Below, piece by piece: positions 28,516 to 38,539 of a stretch of DNA of 64,000 bases (position 1 is its first letter; each line of letters opens with the position of its first letter). The position numbers and the translations under genes are program-made. This DNA is from an uncultured Bacteroidota bacterium (GTDB lineage: Bacteria; Bacteroidota; Bacteroidia; Bacteroidales; CAIWKO01), in assembly GCA_937934705.1 (NCBI GenBank), contig CALGYY010000117.1, positions 2,277 through 66,276 on the forward strand, given 5' to 3'. The notes under the pieces were generated by a model that worked only from the letters and a program-made list of their open reading frames with translations, ran no database searches and had not been told where the DNA came from.

Positions 28516-30816
28516 TCAGCGTGCACCGCATTTTACGATCTTTCCGCGGCCCCTGCCCTGATCCGATACCAGGGAGTAGAAGTAAATACCATCAGGCATA
28601 CCTGAAAGATCGAGGCTTAGTGATGATGCGGACAATACTCCGGTATTCCGGATGCTGCGCCCGCTCAGGTCGAAGATCTCCAGTCTGATGAATGAGGGAA
28701 GCCGCTCAGAACTCAGTCTGAACGTGACCTGGGTGCTAAAAGGATTGGGGAAGACCAGGATTTCTGCTTCCCTCTCTGTGACCGGCTCTGACATTCCCGT
28801 AAAGGGTTTGGGTTCACAGCCCGTATACGCATTCAATCCCCCGCGCAGGTTTCCCGCCAGCATATCGGGATACAGATCACCATTCAGGTTGCAGGTGGTT
28901 ACTGCAGTCCTCGCACCATCGTATACAGGATACGTGATGGTATCATTATAGACAACCATTAATATGGAATCTGTGGATGTGAAGATGCCGTTCAGGTTTC
29001 CTTCAATATCCTTGTAATACCGTATGCGTCCCTGCTCCGAGCCGACAAAAAGTTTCAGCAGATTGGCACTGTCCCTGAAAAAATGCGGTGTGCTATAACC
29101 AGTATAGGAATATGTATAATCTGTTACATTGACCCCTCCCAAAGTATCGCTGATCAGGCTGAAGGCCGGCACAGCCGTGGTTCCAGTGTTCAGATACCCT
29201 CTCAGCATGCCGTCCCTCTTACCGATCACCAGGTCATGCTTACCGTCGCCGTTGAGGTCCACCAGTGCCGGGGCGCTGTAATCCCCCACATCAATGCCCT
29301 GCCAGGCTGTTTGTGCGGGGCCAAAGACGGCAGGATTGCCCGCGCCCGCAGTATTCTCAAAAAAGAGCAGGCTTCCTTTGGACTCTCCGCAAACCATGTC
29401 CTGATCCCCGTCACCATCCAGATCGGCGAAAGCCGGGAAAAGGGACAGAAGCTTCAGGGATGAAAGTCCCGCAAAGTCATCATCCACCATGGTGAACTCA
29501 GCCATGGAGGTGCTGCCGGTATTACGGTAAAGGGCGAGTTTGGATATAAAGACCGATTTCAGAAATCCAAACTCCATATACGACGAATCGTGCACCCCGT
29601 AATTGGCCATCACAAGGTCCTGCAGTCCGTCGCCGTCCTGATCGAACATAACCGGGTAGGATCCGGTTCCGGCGTCAATCATTTCACCCTGCAGGAAATC
29701 ATCCTGCTGAAAATTGAAAACGGGGTTGTTGTTTTGTCCGCTGTTGGTGTAATACCAAACGCTCTGGTGCGATTTGGGAATCGCGGGATTGGGATCAAAA
29801 GGCGATACCAGCAGATCCCTGATACTATCATGATTCACATCTATATATGAAGCCAGCGGAAATGAGACAAGGTTGACCGGAAGGGAATTCGACGGGAAGA
29901 GGGTGTCGGCGCTGACCATGTGTGCTGTATCCATGCTCCCCCCATTGATCAGCAGGGTAAGATTCAGATAGTCCACATCCCCCAGTACCATGTCGGTCAG
30001 GCTGTCACCATTGGCATCAAACATCAGCATGGTGGAGCCCGTATGCTTGGGGGCCTTTTCTTCGCCTGACTGCGGACTCAGTAACGAAGCGTCAGCAGGT
30101 TCGGAGCATCTCCAGGGGCAAACAATATCCAGAAAGAGGTGATTGGACGAAGCCGACTCGGCAAAATTACCCCAGCAGTAGAAGGTTCGCTCAAATAAGA
30201 GGGTATCACAATTTCCCACAGTCTCCATGGCCATATTGCGGTGCATCAGCACATAGGCTCCCAATCCGAAAAAAACGAAAATATCCAGATCACCATCAGC
30301 GTCGACATCCACTATTCCCGGGTAATCCACATAAGTGAGCGCGATATTGGAGTATCCGGCTCCCTGATAAGAATTCAGGAGCGGGGTCATCAGCTTGAAC
30401 TTCAATTCAGTGTCGGAGATGTTTTTCCAAACCTGTATGCCTGCGGGAGCATAGGCAAAAAGATCGTTCTTCCCGTCGCAATTGTAATCTACCAATTGTA
30501 TCCAACCAAAAATTTCAGGGAAGTACCATGCGTATTCCGGAGCATACTCATAATCACTTCCGGTATTGAGATAGGGCAGTATGCGGTCACCCGCCTTGTC
30601 GAAAATGACCAGGTCGGCATCCCCGTCAAGATCAAGGTCGATCTGATTGAAATGCACACCATTCAGTCCCCCTTCCCAGGCTCTTGTCAGCAGTCCGGAA
30701 GTGTCATAAACTGGAATATGATATGAACGTTCAAACCCGTAATCACTCATTTGTGCCAATAAGGAAAACGGCATTAAAAGAACAGACATCCATCCGATTA
30801 ACTTAGTTTTCATCAT
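28516..30816 (-). CDS. FG-GAP/VCBS-repeat protein with a T9SS C-terminal sorting domain
   Basis: The signal peptide is ...FSLLA|QMS. It has repeated D-x-D/N-G-D-G-x-x-D calcium-binding loops (DLDGDADLV, DVDADGDLDI, DQDGDGLQDLV, DLDGDGDQDMV, DLNGDGKHDLV). The C-terminus (VFPNPFSTQVTFRL...DGIYFYSLVSDQGRGRGKIVK) is a typical type A sorting domain. Confidence 0.85.
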   Translation of the reverse strand: MMKTKLIGWMSVLLMPFSLLAQMSDYGFERSYHIPVYDTSGLLTRAWEGGLNGVHFNQIDLDLDGDADLVIFDKAGDRILPYLNTGSDYEYAPEYAWYFPEIFGWIQLVDYNCDGKNDLFAYAPAGIQVWKNISDTELKFKLMTPLLNSYQGAGYSNIALTYVDYPGIVDVDADGDLDIFVFFGLGAYVLMHRNMAMETVGNCDTLLFERTFYCWGNFAESASSNHLFLDIVCPWRCSEPADASLLSPQSGEEKAPKHTGSTMLMFDANGDSLTDMVLGDVDYLNLTLLINGGSMDTAHMVSADTLFPSNSLPVNLVSFPLASYIDVNHDSIRDLLVSPFDPNPAIPKSHQSVWYYTNSGQNNNPVFNFQQDDFLQGEMIDAGTGSYPVMFDQDGDGLQDLVMANYGVHDSSYMEFGFLKSVFISKLALYRNTGSTSMAEFTMVDDDFAGLSSLKLLSLFPAFADLDGDGDQDMVCGESKGSLLFFENTAGAGNPAVFGPAQTAWQGIDVGDYSAPALVDLNGDGKHDLVIGKRDGMLRGYLNTGTTAVPAFSLISDTLGGVNVTDYTYSYTGYSTPHFFRDSANLLKLFVGSEQGRIRYYKDIEGNLNGIFTSTDSILMVVYNDTITYPVYDGARTAVTTCNLNGDLYPDMLAGNLRGGLNAYTGCEPKPFTGMSEPVTEREAEILVFPNPFSTQVTFRLSSERLPSFIRLEIFDLSGRSIRNTGVLSASSLSLDLSGMPDGIYFYSLVSDQGRGRGKIVKCGAR

Positions 30817-31060
30817 TTCTGATTTTCATCAAAGGTACGAATAAAGCTTCAGATTTCGCCGGGTGAATTCTGCCTTTTTGTCACACAGACTGTCAGAATA
30901 AGCCGGTAAAACACATAAAAATTATGTCATAATTGCCTTCCTGGCTGCTGAAAATCCCATGGCACATCGATTGACAATGCGGCCGCCTGCTTTCCGGGGC
31001 AGTAAAACAAACGGACTGAATCAGAAAACATCATATCAAACAGACATAAACTGACAAGCA

Positions 31061-32965
31061 ATGGGAAAGATCATTGGAATTGACCTGGGAACCACCAATT
31101 CATGTGTGGCCGTAATGGAAGGTAATGAACCTGTAGTGATCCCCAACAGTGAGGGAAAGCGCACCACACCATCACAGGTAGCGTTTACCGAGAACGGGGA
31201 GCGCAAGGTGGGGGATCCCGCCAAGCGTCAGGCGATCACCAATCCGCGTAAGACCATTTTTTCGATCAAGCGTTTCATGGGTGAAACCTTCGACCGGGTA
31301 CAGAAAGAAGTCCAGCGCGTGCCTTACCTGGTAGAGCGCGGAGAGAACAACACCCCGAGGGTGAAAATTGACGACCGTCACTATACGCCTCAGGAGATTT
31401 CGGCCATGATCCTTCAGAAGATGAAGAAGACGGCTGAGGATTATCTTGGGACAGAAGTTACAGAGGCTGTGATCACTGTGCCCGCCTACTTTAGTGATTC
31501 ACAGCGACAGGCAACAAAAGAGGCCGGTGAGATTGCGGGGCTGAACGTGAAGCGCATCATCAATGAGCCCACGGCTGCTGCGCTGGCCTATGGACTTGAC
31601 AAGCGCAATAAAGACATCAGGATAGCGGTTTTTGACCTGGGTGGCGGCACCTTTGACATTTCCATCCTTGAATTGGGTGACGGGGTGTTCGAGGTTAAAT
31701 CGACCAACGGGGATACGCATCTTGGCGGTGATGATTTTGACCAGCGCATCATGGACTGGCTGGCCGAGGAGTTCATCAAGGACGAAAATCTTGATCTGCG
31801 TAAGGATCCCATGGCTCTTCAGCGGCTGAAGGAAGCTGCGGAGAAGGCCAAGATCGAGCTTTCGAGTTCTTCACAAACGGAGATTAACCTGCCCTATATT
31901 ATGCCTGTTGACGGCATTCCCAAGCACCTTGTGCGCACCCTGACGCGCGCCAAATTTGAGCAATTGTGCGATGACCTGATCCGCAGCACCATTGAGCCCT
32001 GCCGTCAGGCCCTGAAGGATGCTGGTTACAGCACGAACGACATCAATGAAGTGATCCTTGTCGGAGGTTCAACCCGTATTCCTGCCATTCAGAAAGTGGT
32101 TGAGGATTTCTTCGGAAAAACCCCCTCCAAAGGAGTCAACCCCGATGAAGTGGTTGCGGTAGGTGCGGCCATACAAGGCGGAGTGCTTACAGGCGAGGTA
32201 AAAGATGTCCTTTTGCTTGATGTGACGCCGCTTTCGCTCGGCATTGAGACCCTGGGCGGCGTGATGACAAGGCTGATTGAATCCAACACCACCATACCCA
32301 TCAAGAAATCTGAGGTTTTCTCCACGGCTGCTGACAACCAGACTTCTGTGGAAATCCACATCCTGCAGGGTGAAAGGCCCATGGCATCCGGGAACAAGAG
32401 CATTGGTCGTTTCCATCTCGATGGAATTCCTCCGGCACCGCGCGGCATTCCGCAGATCGAAGTGACTTTCGACATAGATGCCAACGGGATACTGAGTGTG
32501 TCCGCAAAAGACAAGGCTACCGGAAAATCGCAGCAGATCCGTATTGAGGCATCTTCGGGCCTCACAGATGATGAGATCAAACGGATGAAACAGGAAGCCG
32601 AGGCCAATGCTGAATCTGACAAACAAGCCAAAGAGCAGGCCGATAAGCTGAATACCGCTGATCAGATGATCTTCCAGACTGAAAAACAGCTTAAGGAATA
32701 TGGCGACAAGCTTCCTGCAGATAAAAAATCGGCGATCGAAAGTGCGTTGGCCAACCTTAAAGACGCTTATGGGAAGAAAGAACTTCCGGCCATTGAAAGT
32801 GCCCTGGCCGCGCTGAACACTGCCTGGCAGGCTGCCAGCGAAGAAATGTACAAAGCCACCCAGGAACAGCAGCAGGGCCCTCAGGAAAACCAGAACCCCA
32901 ACAACACAGGCGGGGATGAGGTCACAGATGTGGACTTTGAAGAAGTGAAAGACGAGAAAAAATAA
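31061..32965 (+). CDS. dnaK: molecular chaperone DnaK
   Basis: It has the canonical Hsp70 N-terminus [13 protein letters not shown], plus DLGGGTFD and [11 protein letters not shown]. Confidence 0.98.
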   Translation: MGKIIGIDLGTTNSCVAVMEGNEPVVIPNSEGKRTTPSQVAFTENGERKVGDPAKRQAITNPRKTIFSIKRFMGETFDRVQKEVQRVPYLVERGENNTPRVKIDDRHYTPQEISAMILQKMKKTAEDYLGTEVTEAVITVPAYFSDSQRQATKEAGEIAGLNVKRIINEPTAAALAYGLDKRNKDIRIAVFDLGGGTFDISILELGDGVFEVKSTNGDTHLGGDDFDQRIMDWLAEEFIKDENLDLRKDPMALQRLKEAAEKAKIELSSSSQTEINLPYIMPVDGIPKHLVRTLTRAKFEQLCDDLIRSTIEPCRQALKDAGYSTNDINEVILVGGSTRIPAIQKVVEDFFGKTPSKGVNPDEVVAVGAAIQGGVLTGEVKDVLLLDVTPLSLGIETLGGVMTRLIESNTTIPIKKSEVFSTAADNQTSVEIHILQGERPMASGNKSIGRFHLDGIPPAPRGIPQIEVTFDIDANGILSVSAKDKATGKSQQIRIEASSGLTDDEIKRMKQEAEANAESDKQAKEQADKLNTADQMIFQTEKQLKEYGDKLPADKKSAIESALANLKDAYGKKELPAIESALAALNTAWQAASEEMYKATQEQQQGPQENQNPNNTGGDEVTDVDFEEVKDEKK

Positions 32966-32981
32966 AAAGATTCAGATCAGG

Positions 32982-33015
32982 TAAACCCGGCGCCAGCCGG
33001 GTTTACTATTTCTTA
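32982..33015 (+). terminator. rho-independent terminator of dnaK
   Basis: The stem GTAAACCCGGC (32982..32992) pairs with GCCGGGTTTAC (32997..33007) across a 4-nt loop. TATTTCTT follows. Confidence 0.75.
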
Positions 33016-33095
33016 ACGCTGCCACGGGGCATATCTCGGTTTTTTTTCTGATATTTGTATATCCTGATCAAGCATTTAACCAAATCCTTTTTTAT

Positions 33096-36083
33096 ATGAA
33101 ACGTTCAATACCCATTCTTTTTGCCCTGCTCATGCTCGTGATTGCCGCGAGGGCGCAGGTGACGATGACTACCACCGGTAGTTATTTTCAGGATTTCAAC
33201 ACCCTGATCAATACAGGAACCGGAACCTGGACCGACAATTCCACCTTGTCGAACTGGTACGCCCAGAGAAGCGGCACGGGAACGTCGATTGCGGCAGACG
33301 CCGGGAGTTCTACTGCAGGGAACCTGTACAGCTATGGACCAACAGGCGATACGGATCGCGCTCTTGGATCTATCGGCAGCGGGAATACCGCGGCGGGAAA
33401 TTTTGCATGGGGCATTCTTTTGCAGAATACTTCAGGTGTTGCGATCACTTCACTCAGCATTGCCTATGTCGGTGAACAATGGCGCAATTCGGGAGCAGGT
33501 GCTGCACAAACTGTAGCCTTTTACTATCAGATCAGCGCCAGTCCGATAACAGCCCTTGACCCCGCCAATAACGGTGCATGGACTGCTGTTACAGCCCTTG
33601 ACTTCATTAGTCCCGTGGCCACAGGTACTGCCACGGCGCTGGATGGTAATGCCGCAGCCAACAGGACCATTGTCGGAGCCGTGAGCATCCCCTCTCTGAC
33701 CATACCCGACGGATCCTATATTATGTTAAAATGGGATGACCCGAATCAGGTTGGTAACGATCATGGTTTATCCATCGACAGCGTAAGCATCGCCTGGACA
33801 GTTGTTACCGGAGGCACGACCATCACAACAGGCACCATCTCAGGCAGTCCTTTCTGCGTGAACAGCACCACCAGTGCACCGGTCGACGTGCCTTACACAA
33901 TAAGCGGGACCTACAATCCCGGCAATGAATTTCAGGCCTATCTTTCAGATGCGAGCGGAAGTTTCGCTTCAGAAACCCTCATCGGCACCCTGATCTCAGA
34001 AAATGCTGGAACCATCAGCGCCACCATCCCGGCGGGCACGCCCACGGGCGGAGCCTACCGCATCCGCGTTAAAGCAATAGATCCTGTCACTACCGGGACT
34101 GATAATCTGAGTAATTTCTGGATTTTCGGAGCCACACCAACGGTCGCCAACGCTACCGCGCTTCCTGCTTCCGGACAGGTGACCCTGAACTGGGACAATC
34201 CCGCCGGCTGCACGGATGAACTGATGATTGTTGCCCAGCCCATTTCTTCGATTGTCCAAAACGCCAGTGGCGACGGAATCGCCTATACTGCCAATTCTCA
34301 GGATTTTACTGATCCCCTCAATTCGGACTTTGATGTAGCCGGGAAAGTGGTGTTCAAACAGATAACACCGGGCACTTCAGCCACCATAACAGGCCTCACC
34401 AACGGCACACCTTATTATTTCCGCTTCTTCTCCCGCCAGGGAACCGACTGGAACCAAACGGTGGAAGTCAACGCTACACCGCTGGATCTTCCCTCTGTGG
34501 TGATCACTGAAATCATGTACAATGACCCCAGTACAGGGGCCGGAGGAGACTCCCTTGAATTCATTGAGTTTTACAATAATGACCTTATGGCCGTCGATAT
34601 GAGTAAATGGAGCATGAGCGGTGTGACACACGTTTTTGCCCCCGGCACCGTGCTTAACGCAGGCGAGTATCTGGTTTTGGCGAAAGATACCAATGCCATG
34701 AACAACTTCTTCGGAATCACGGGAACGGTTCAATGGACAACCGGTGCCCTGACCAATACCGGAGAATACCTTGCTTTGCTGGACTCGCTCGGAAATGTGA
34801 TTGATTCTCTCACCTATGAAGATTCTTCACCGTGGCCCTCAGCCCCTAACGGAACCGGACCGTCTCTCACATTCTGCGACCCCATGCTTGACAATTCTGT
34901 ACCGGGCAACTGGTCCGCTTCAGACGAATATGTCGACTCCCTGAACATGATGCCGGTGTATGCAACCCCCGGCACAGGATGCCTCATCGTGCCGGACACC
35001 CTTGCCCCCGTGCCCCTCAATGCGTTTGCCACGAGTCTTTCGAGCGTTACCGTCATCTTCAATGAAGACCTTGGAAGTGTAAGCGCAGAGAATATTGCCA
35101 ATTACAACTGGCTCACCGCTGCAACAGGAAATGCTGCGCTGCTGGCCGGACTGGATACCGTAATCCTGACCCTTTCCACCCCGCTCGTCACTGCAGTAAC
35201 CGATACCCTCAGTATCAGCGGGATCGCGGATATTTTAGGCAACACCATGACCATGACCTATAAATTCCCGATCGTTTACGGAACCATAATACCCTCTGTT
35301 GATACCATTGTTTACTGGAATTTCCCCAACAATCCGGATGACCAGACGGCCGATGGAGGACTTCCTGTAAATCTGGGCAAGATCATCATCAGGGATTACA
35401 GCTTCACGGGAACCTTTGCGTATGTTGCCGGCGCACCCGGAACAGCCATCAGCTCCACCGGATGGGACAATGGAACAGGAACCAAATACTGGATGCTTGA
35501 TTTCTCAACCTGGTCTTACGACAGCATACGTGTTTCTTCAAAACAAAGGTCTTCAGATACCGGCCCGAGGGATTTCAGACTGGAATACAGCATCGACGGC
35601 ATGACCTGGACAACAGTGACAGATATTACCGTGTTAAATAATTTCACATCAGGGGTTGTCAGCTCCGTTCTTTTGCCCTCTGATGCAGACAGTAAGCCCT
35701 GGGTTACGCTGCGCTGGCTCATTGTTTCTGACAGTTCGGTGCTTGGAGCAACTGTGGCCTCTGCAGGAACTTCCAGAATTGACGAGATCTATGTGACTGG
35801 TCGTTATAATCCCATCCTGAATGTAGATTGCAAAGATCTTGAGATCCCCGCTTTCAGCCTCTATCCGAACCCGACGGATGCGTCTCTTTTCATCAGGACA
35901 GAGCGCAGTATCAACGCGGAAATTACGGTACTGAGCATGACCGGGCAGGTTTTGATGGTCTCGCCGTTCAAGGGGATCGAAACCCAACTGGATCTTTCTG
36001 AACTGCCTGACGGCATGTATTTCATCCGCATGACCGACCTCGACCACTCCACCTCGAAAATGGAAAAGGTTATGGTTTATTAG
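33096..36083 (+). CDS. large secreted lamin-tail-domain (LTD) protein with a T9SS C-terminal sorting domain
   Basis: The signal peptide is ...AARA|QVT. The LTD signature VVITEIMYNDPSTGAGGDSLEFIEFYNN is present, along with Ig-like Thr/Gly-rich repeats. The C-terminus is LYPNPTDASLFIRTE...DGMYFIRMTD...KVMVY. Confidence 0.8.
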   Translation: MKRSIPILFALLMLVIAARAQVTMTTTGSYFQDFNTLINTGTGTWTDNSTLSNWYAQRSGTGTSIAADAGSSTAGNLYSYGPTGDTDRALGSIGSGNTAAGNFAWGILLQNTSGVAITSLSIAYVGEQWRNSGAGAAQTVAFYYQISASPITALDPANNGAWTAVTALDFISPVATGTATALDGNAAANRTIVGAVSIPSLTIPDGSYIMLKWDDPNQVGNDHGLSIDSVSIAWTVVTGGTTITTGTISGSPFCVNSTTSAPVDVPYTISGTYNPGNEFQAYLSDASGSFASETLIGTLISENAGTISATIPAGTPTGGAYRIRVKAIDPVTTGTDNLSNFWIFGATPTVANATALPASGQVTLNWDNPAGCTDELMIVAQPISSIVQNASGDGIAYTANSQDFTDPLNSDFDVAGKVVFKQITPGTSATITGLTNGTPYYFRFFSRQGTDWNQTVEVNATPLDLPSVVITEIMYNDPSTGAGGDSLEFIEFYNNDLMAVDMSKWSMSGVTHVFAPGTVLNAGEYLVLAKDTNAMNNFFGITGTVQWTTGALTNTGEYLALLDSLGNVIDSLTYEDSSPWPSAPNGTGPSLTFCDPMLDNSVPGNWSASDEYVDSLNMMPVYATPGTGCLIVPDTLAPVPLNAFATSLSSVTVIFNEDLGSVSAENIANYNWLTAATGNAALLAGLDTVILTLSTPLVTAVTDTLSISGIADILGNTMTMTYKFPIVYGTIIPSVDTIVYWNFPNNPDDQTADGGLPVNLGKIIIRDYSFTGTFAYVAGAPGTAISSTGWDNGTGTKYWMLDFSTWSYDSIRVSSKQRSSDTGPRDFRLEYSIDGMTWTTVTDITVLNNFTSGVVSSVLLPSDADSKPWVTLRWLIVSDSSVLGATVASAGTSRIDEIYVTGRYNPILNVDCKDLEIPAFSLYPNPTDASLFIRTERSINAEITVLSMTGQVLMVSPFKGIETQLDLSELPDGMYFIRMTDLDHSTSKMEKVMVY

Positions 36084-36119
36084 TTGGACGGTTCCAGTTT
36101 CACGGAAAGTTAAAGAAAA

Positions 36120-36152
36120 GGTCCGGCAGCTTCAGGCTGCCGGACCTTTTAT
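36120..36152 (+). terminator. rho-independent terminator of the LTD gene
   Basis: The stem GGTCCGGCAGC (36120..36130) pairs with GCTGCCGGACC (36136..36146) across a 5-nt loop. TTTTAT follows. Confidence 0.8.
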
Positions 36153-36250
36153 AATCTAATGATCGCTTTTATGCCTGTGATTGCGTATTTCTCTTCCACT
36201 TCGCAACGGCACAGAGGATAAGGGTTTCTGGTGATCTTTTGCTTATCAAG

Positions 36251-36277
36251 GGTTCGGGAGTCCTCCGCTCCCGAACC
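36251..36277. repeat. hairpin repeat module, left copy (terminator-like on the + strand)
   Basis: The module is GGTTCGGGAG-TCCTCCG-CTCCCGAACC, followed by TTTTCCTTTTTGTTC. The 29-nt core GGTTCGGGAGTCCTCCGCTCCCGAACCTT is the exact reverse complement of 36766..36794. Confidence 0.8.
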
Positions 36278-36339
36278 TTTTCCTTTTTGTTCAGATCATT
36301 ATTCAGTGGTCTGGAATTCACTCCTGAATAATCTGAAAG

Positions 36340-36760
36340 TTCAGTATTTCATTGCTTTACTTTTGTCGCGCCAAAAGTAACAAAAGCGCTTTTTTCTCGC
36401 CCCGAGGCAATTTTCACGCTGGGCTGCGCCCGCGTGAAACCGCCGACAGCTTACACTCCCGTCCCACAGGCCACTGCCGCGTGCAGCAAGACAGGCTGAA
36501 TCGCTTTCGCTCTGCTTCCCCGCATGCAAATGAATCACACTATGCATCTGCGGCAGTCTTTCCCTTCGTTTCAGCTGCGGCTATTGCTATGGGCTCGAAA
36601 ACCTTGCTGCTTCGCAGCAATTGGAAAACCTCCGTAGTTGAGGACATGCAAGAGGATCCTGATTTAAAGTATTTTGGTTTTGCAGACAATAAGTTAACAG
36701 GTGTGCGGTGGCAGGGTCGAAACCGCGGGCCGGCGCAGGCGTGAATCAATAGGAAAAGAA
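36340..36760. ncRNA. candidate structured non-coding RNA; family and strand unknown
   Basis: This is a GC-rich core packed with perfect hairpins and nested long-range complementarities. Local hairpins are at 36357..36380, 36412..36439, 36604..36620 and 36629..36643. Long-range pairs are 36473..36480 with 36550..36557, and 36442..36451 with 36573..36581. The three overlapping track ORFs have Arg/Ser/Ala-rich, non-protein-like translations. Confidence 0.25.
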
Positions 36761-36767
36761 TAAACAA

Positions 36768-36794
36768 GGTTCGGGAGCGGAGGACTCCCGAACC
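36768..36794. repeat. hairpin repeat module, right inverted copy (acts as a minus-strand terminator downstream of the 36888..37601 gene)
   Basis: The module is GGTTCGGGAG-CGGAGGA-CTCCCGAACC. On the minus strand it is followed by TTGTTTATTCTTTTCC. Confidence 0.8.
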
Positions 36795-36887
36795 TTCAGC
36801 TTGTGCAAAAGCGATCATTCAATTTTATAATTGTCAGAAGATACAGGACGCTACCTGAACGATGATCTTACATCAAAGATCCGGAAC

Positions 36888-37601
36888 TTACTCGTAACGC
36901 TTATCGTTGATCAGCAGTCCCCGGGTGTATTCCTCTTCAAGAATCAGTTTTCCGCTTTCGTTGAAAAACTGCCAGGTGCCCTCCATCTGGTAATCATTGA
37001 TGGATTCATTGTGAACCTTGATGCCGCTTTCCTTGACCTGACCGTTAGGAAAGAACTCCTTGTAGCTGTAGGTGCGTGTTTTTTCATCCAGCAGTTCGAA
37101 AAGGACCTGGGGCTTACCATCTTCGTAAAAGAAACGCATATAGAGATAATAATCCAGACCATTGTTGAACTCCTCTTCGAATTCCACTTGTCCTGAATGA
37201 TAGAAATCCTCCCATTTACGAGATTCTCCGTTGATCCATTCCACCCTGGAAAGTAACATCCCGTCAGGATAGTAGACCTCCAGTGTTCCTTTACGGTCGG
37301 TCTTGGTTTTAAAGCAGCGTTCCATCTGACCATTCTCATAAAAGTTGGAGAAAATGGTCGATATCTGTCCATTCTCGTAATAGCCCTTGTGCCTGATCTT
37401 GCCGCTGGGATAAAGATCTTTGATAAAGCCGGTGACCTTCATTCCACGGTTCAGCCTGACAGAATCTCCGCCCATGATGGCGCAGAGATTATCATATTCG
37501 GGAATGCTCAGATCGGGTTCCGGCACGCTGTCATTTTCAGTCTGCGCCAGCGCCACTGCCGAAATACTCATAAATAACAGAAAGAATTTGATGCACCGCA
37601 T
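36888..37601 (-). CDS. secreted MORN-variant repeat protein (YwqK-like repeats)
   Basis: The signal peptide is ...AVALA|QTE. It has repeated G-x-x-x-x-Y-Y-E/P-N/D-G-Q units (YYENGQIS, FYENGQME, YYPDGMLL, FYHSGQVE, FYEDGKPQ, FFPNGQVK, FFNESGKL). Confidence 0.75.
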   Translation of the reverse strand: MRCIKFFLLFMSISAVALAQTENDSVPEPDLSIPEYDNLCAIMGGDSVRLNRGMKVTGFIKDLYPSGKIRHKGYYENGQISTIFSNFYENGQMERCFKTKTDRKGTLEVYYPDGMLLSRVEWINGESRKWEDFYHSGQVEFEEEFNNGLDYYLYMRFFYEDGKPQVLFELLDEKTRTYSYKEFFPNGQVKESGIKVHNESINDYQMEGTWQFFNESGKLILEEEYTRGLLINDKRYE

Positions 37602-37683
37602 AGCTTTTTCTTTATGTTATCAAATATACGACGAAACAGAACGACAGGCAAACCATTGCTGCAATTCAGGTGAAAAAACGGGG

Positions 37684-38535
37684 TCAGACCAGGTTCGCCT
37701 TTTGCAAATGCATTTGCATTTCTGTTTGCATTCTCATGGCCTCTTCCCTTGCTTTAAGGGCGAAATCCTCACCGGAGGAAGCAAAGAGTATGGACCTTGA
37801 AGCATTGACCAGCAATCCGCAATCGGCATTCATCCCGTAGCGTACTACCTCTTCGAGACTGCCGCCCTGGGCACCGACACCGGGAACCAGGAGAAAATGA
37901 TCCGGAACGATCTTCCTGATATCTCCGAGCATGCTGGCCTGGGTTGCGCCAACCACATACATCATATTACCGGCGTTGCCCCAGCCGGAAGAACGCCGCA
38001 GAACCCTTTCAAACAGCTTTTCATCTTTGCGCTCTCCATCACTCAAAGTGCTGAACTGAAAATCAGCAGCTCCCTTATTGGATGTCAGCGCGAGCAGGAT
38101 CACCCATTTTCCATCAAACGCCAGGAAAGGACTCACCGAATCTTCACCCATATAGGGCGCTACGGTAACGGCATCCACATCCATACCTGCAGCCGGATCA
38201 AAGAAAGCCCGCGCATATTGCGTGGATGTATTTCCGATGTCGCCCCTCTTGGCGTCCGCAATCAGGAAGCTCCTTTTTTCCAGGCCCCGGAGGTATGCAA
38301 TGGTTTTTTCCAGACTCATCCATCCCTTTACTCCCCTGGTTTCATAAAAAGCCAGATTCGGCTTGTAAGCTACTGCCAAATCAATGGTGGCATCGATGAT
38401 CCGGCGGTTGAACTCAAATACCGGATCCTCGGCATTCATCAGATGTGATGGCAATTTTGAAGGCTCCGTGTCAAGCCCGACGCATAAAAAAGATTTTCTT
38501 TGCCGGATAAGGGCAATCAGCTCATTTCTGTTCAT
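37684..38535 (-). CDS. pyrF: orotidine-5'-phosphate decarboxylase (type 2)
   Basis: Motifs [18 protein letters not shown] and [11 protein letters not shown] are present. Confidence 0.92.
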   Translation of the reverse strand: MNRNELIALIRQRKSFLCVGLDTEPSKLPSHLMNAEDPVFEFNRRIIDATIDLAVAYKPNLAFYETRGVKGWMSLEKTIAYLRGLEKRSFLIADAKRGDIGNTSTQYARAFFDPAAGMDVDAVTVAPYMGEDSVSPFLAFDGKWVILLALTSNKGAADFQFSTLSDGERKDEKLFERVLRRSSGWGNAGNMMYVVGATQASMLGDIRKIVPDHFLLVPGVGAQGGSLEEVVRYGMNADCGLLVNASRSILFASSGEDFALKAREEAMRMQTEMQMHLQKANLV

Positions 38536-38539
38536 ATGA

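Larger units (their letters stand above)
36155..36822. mobile_element. candidate non-autonomous (MITE-like) insertion element with no credible ORF
   Basis: The left terminus TCTAATGATCGCTTTT (36155..36170) matches the reverse complement of 36807..36822 (TTGAATGATCGCTTTT) at 14 of 16 positions. The 8-bp direct repeat TTTTATAA abuts both ends (36147..36154 and 36823..36830). Subterminal inverted copies of a 29-nt hairpin module are present. The element sits in the T-tail between two convergent genes. Confidence 0.45.

Noticed and set aside
30817-31060. I looked for a CIRCE (TTAGCACTC-N9-GAGTGCTAA) or other heat-shock operator upstream of dnaK.
   Set aside because: No such inverted repeat is present, and nothing in this leader stands out.
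36340-36760. I considered known RNA families for the structured core: RNase P, tmRNA, SRP/4.5S, 6S, a cobalamin riboswitch (GCCACTG occurs at 36470..36476) and a group II intron (GTGCG at 36703..36707).
   Set aside because: By eye the diagnostic elements are missing. These are GGAAAGTCCGGGC and ACAGAAnCCGGCTTA (RNase P), a tRNA-like CCA end and tag ORF (tmRNA), and GGAA-tetraloop/AGCAGCC (SRP). The GCCACTG lacks the rest of the B12 box, and there is no downstream gene in the sense orientation. The isolated GTGCG lacks intron domains. Only a covariance-model search can settle this.
36341-36818. Three overlapping ORFs lie in the convergent intergenic gap: 36341..36547 (minus), 36352..36744 (plus) and 36540..36818 (minus).
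   Set aside because: The translations are Arg/Ser/Ala-rich and not protein-like. They overlap each other on both strands, have no motifs, and sit on dense hairpin structure. I treat the region as non-coding.
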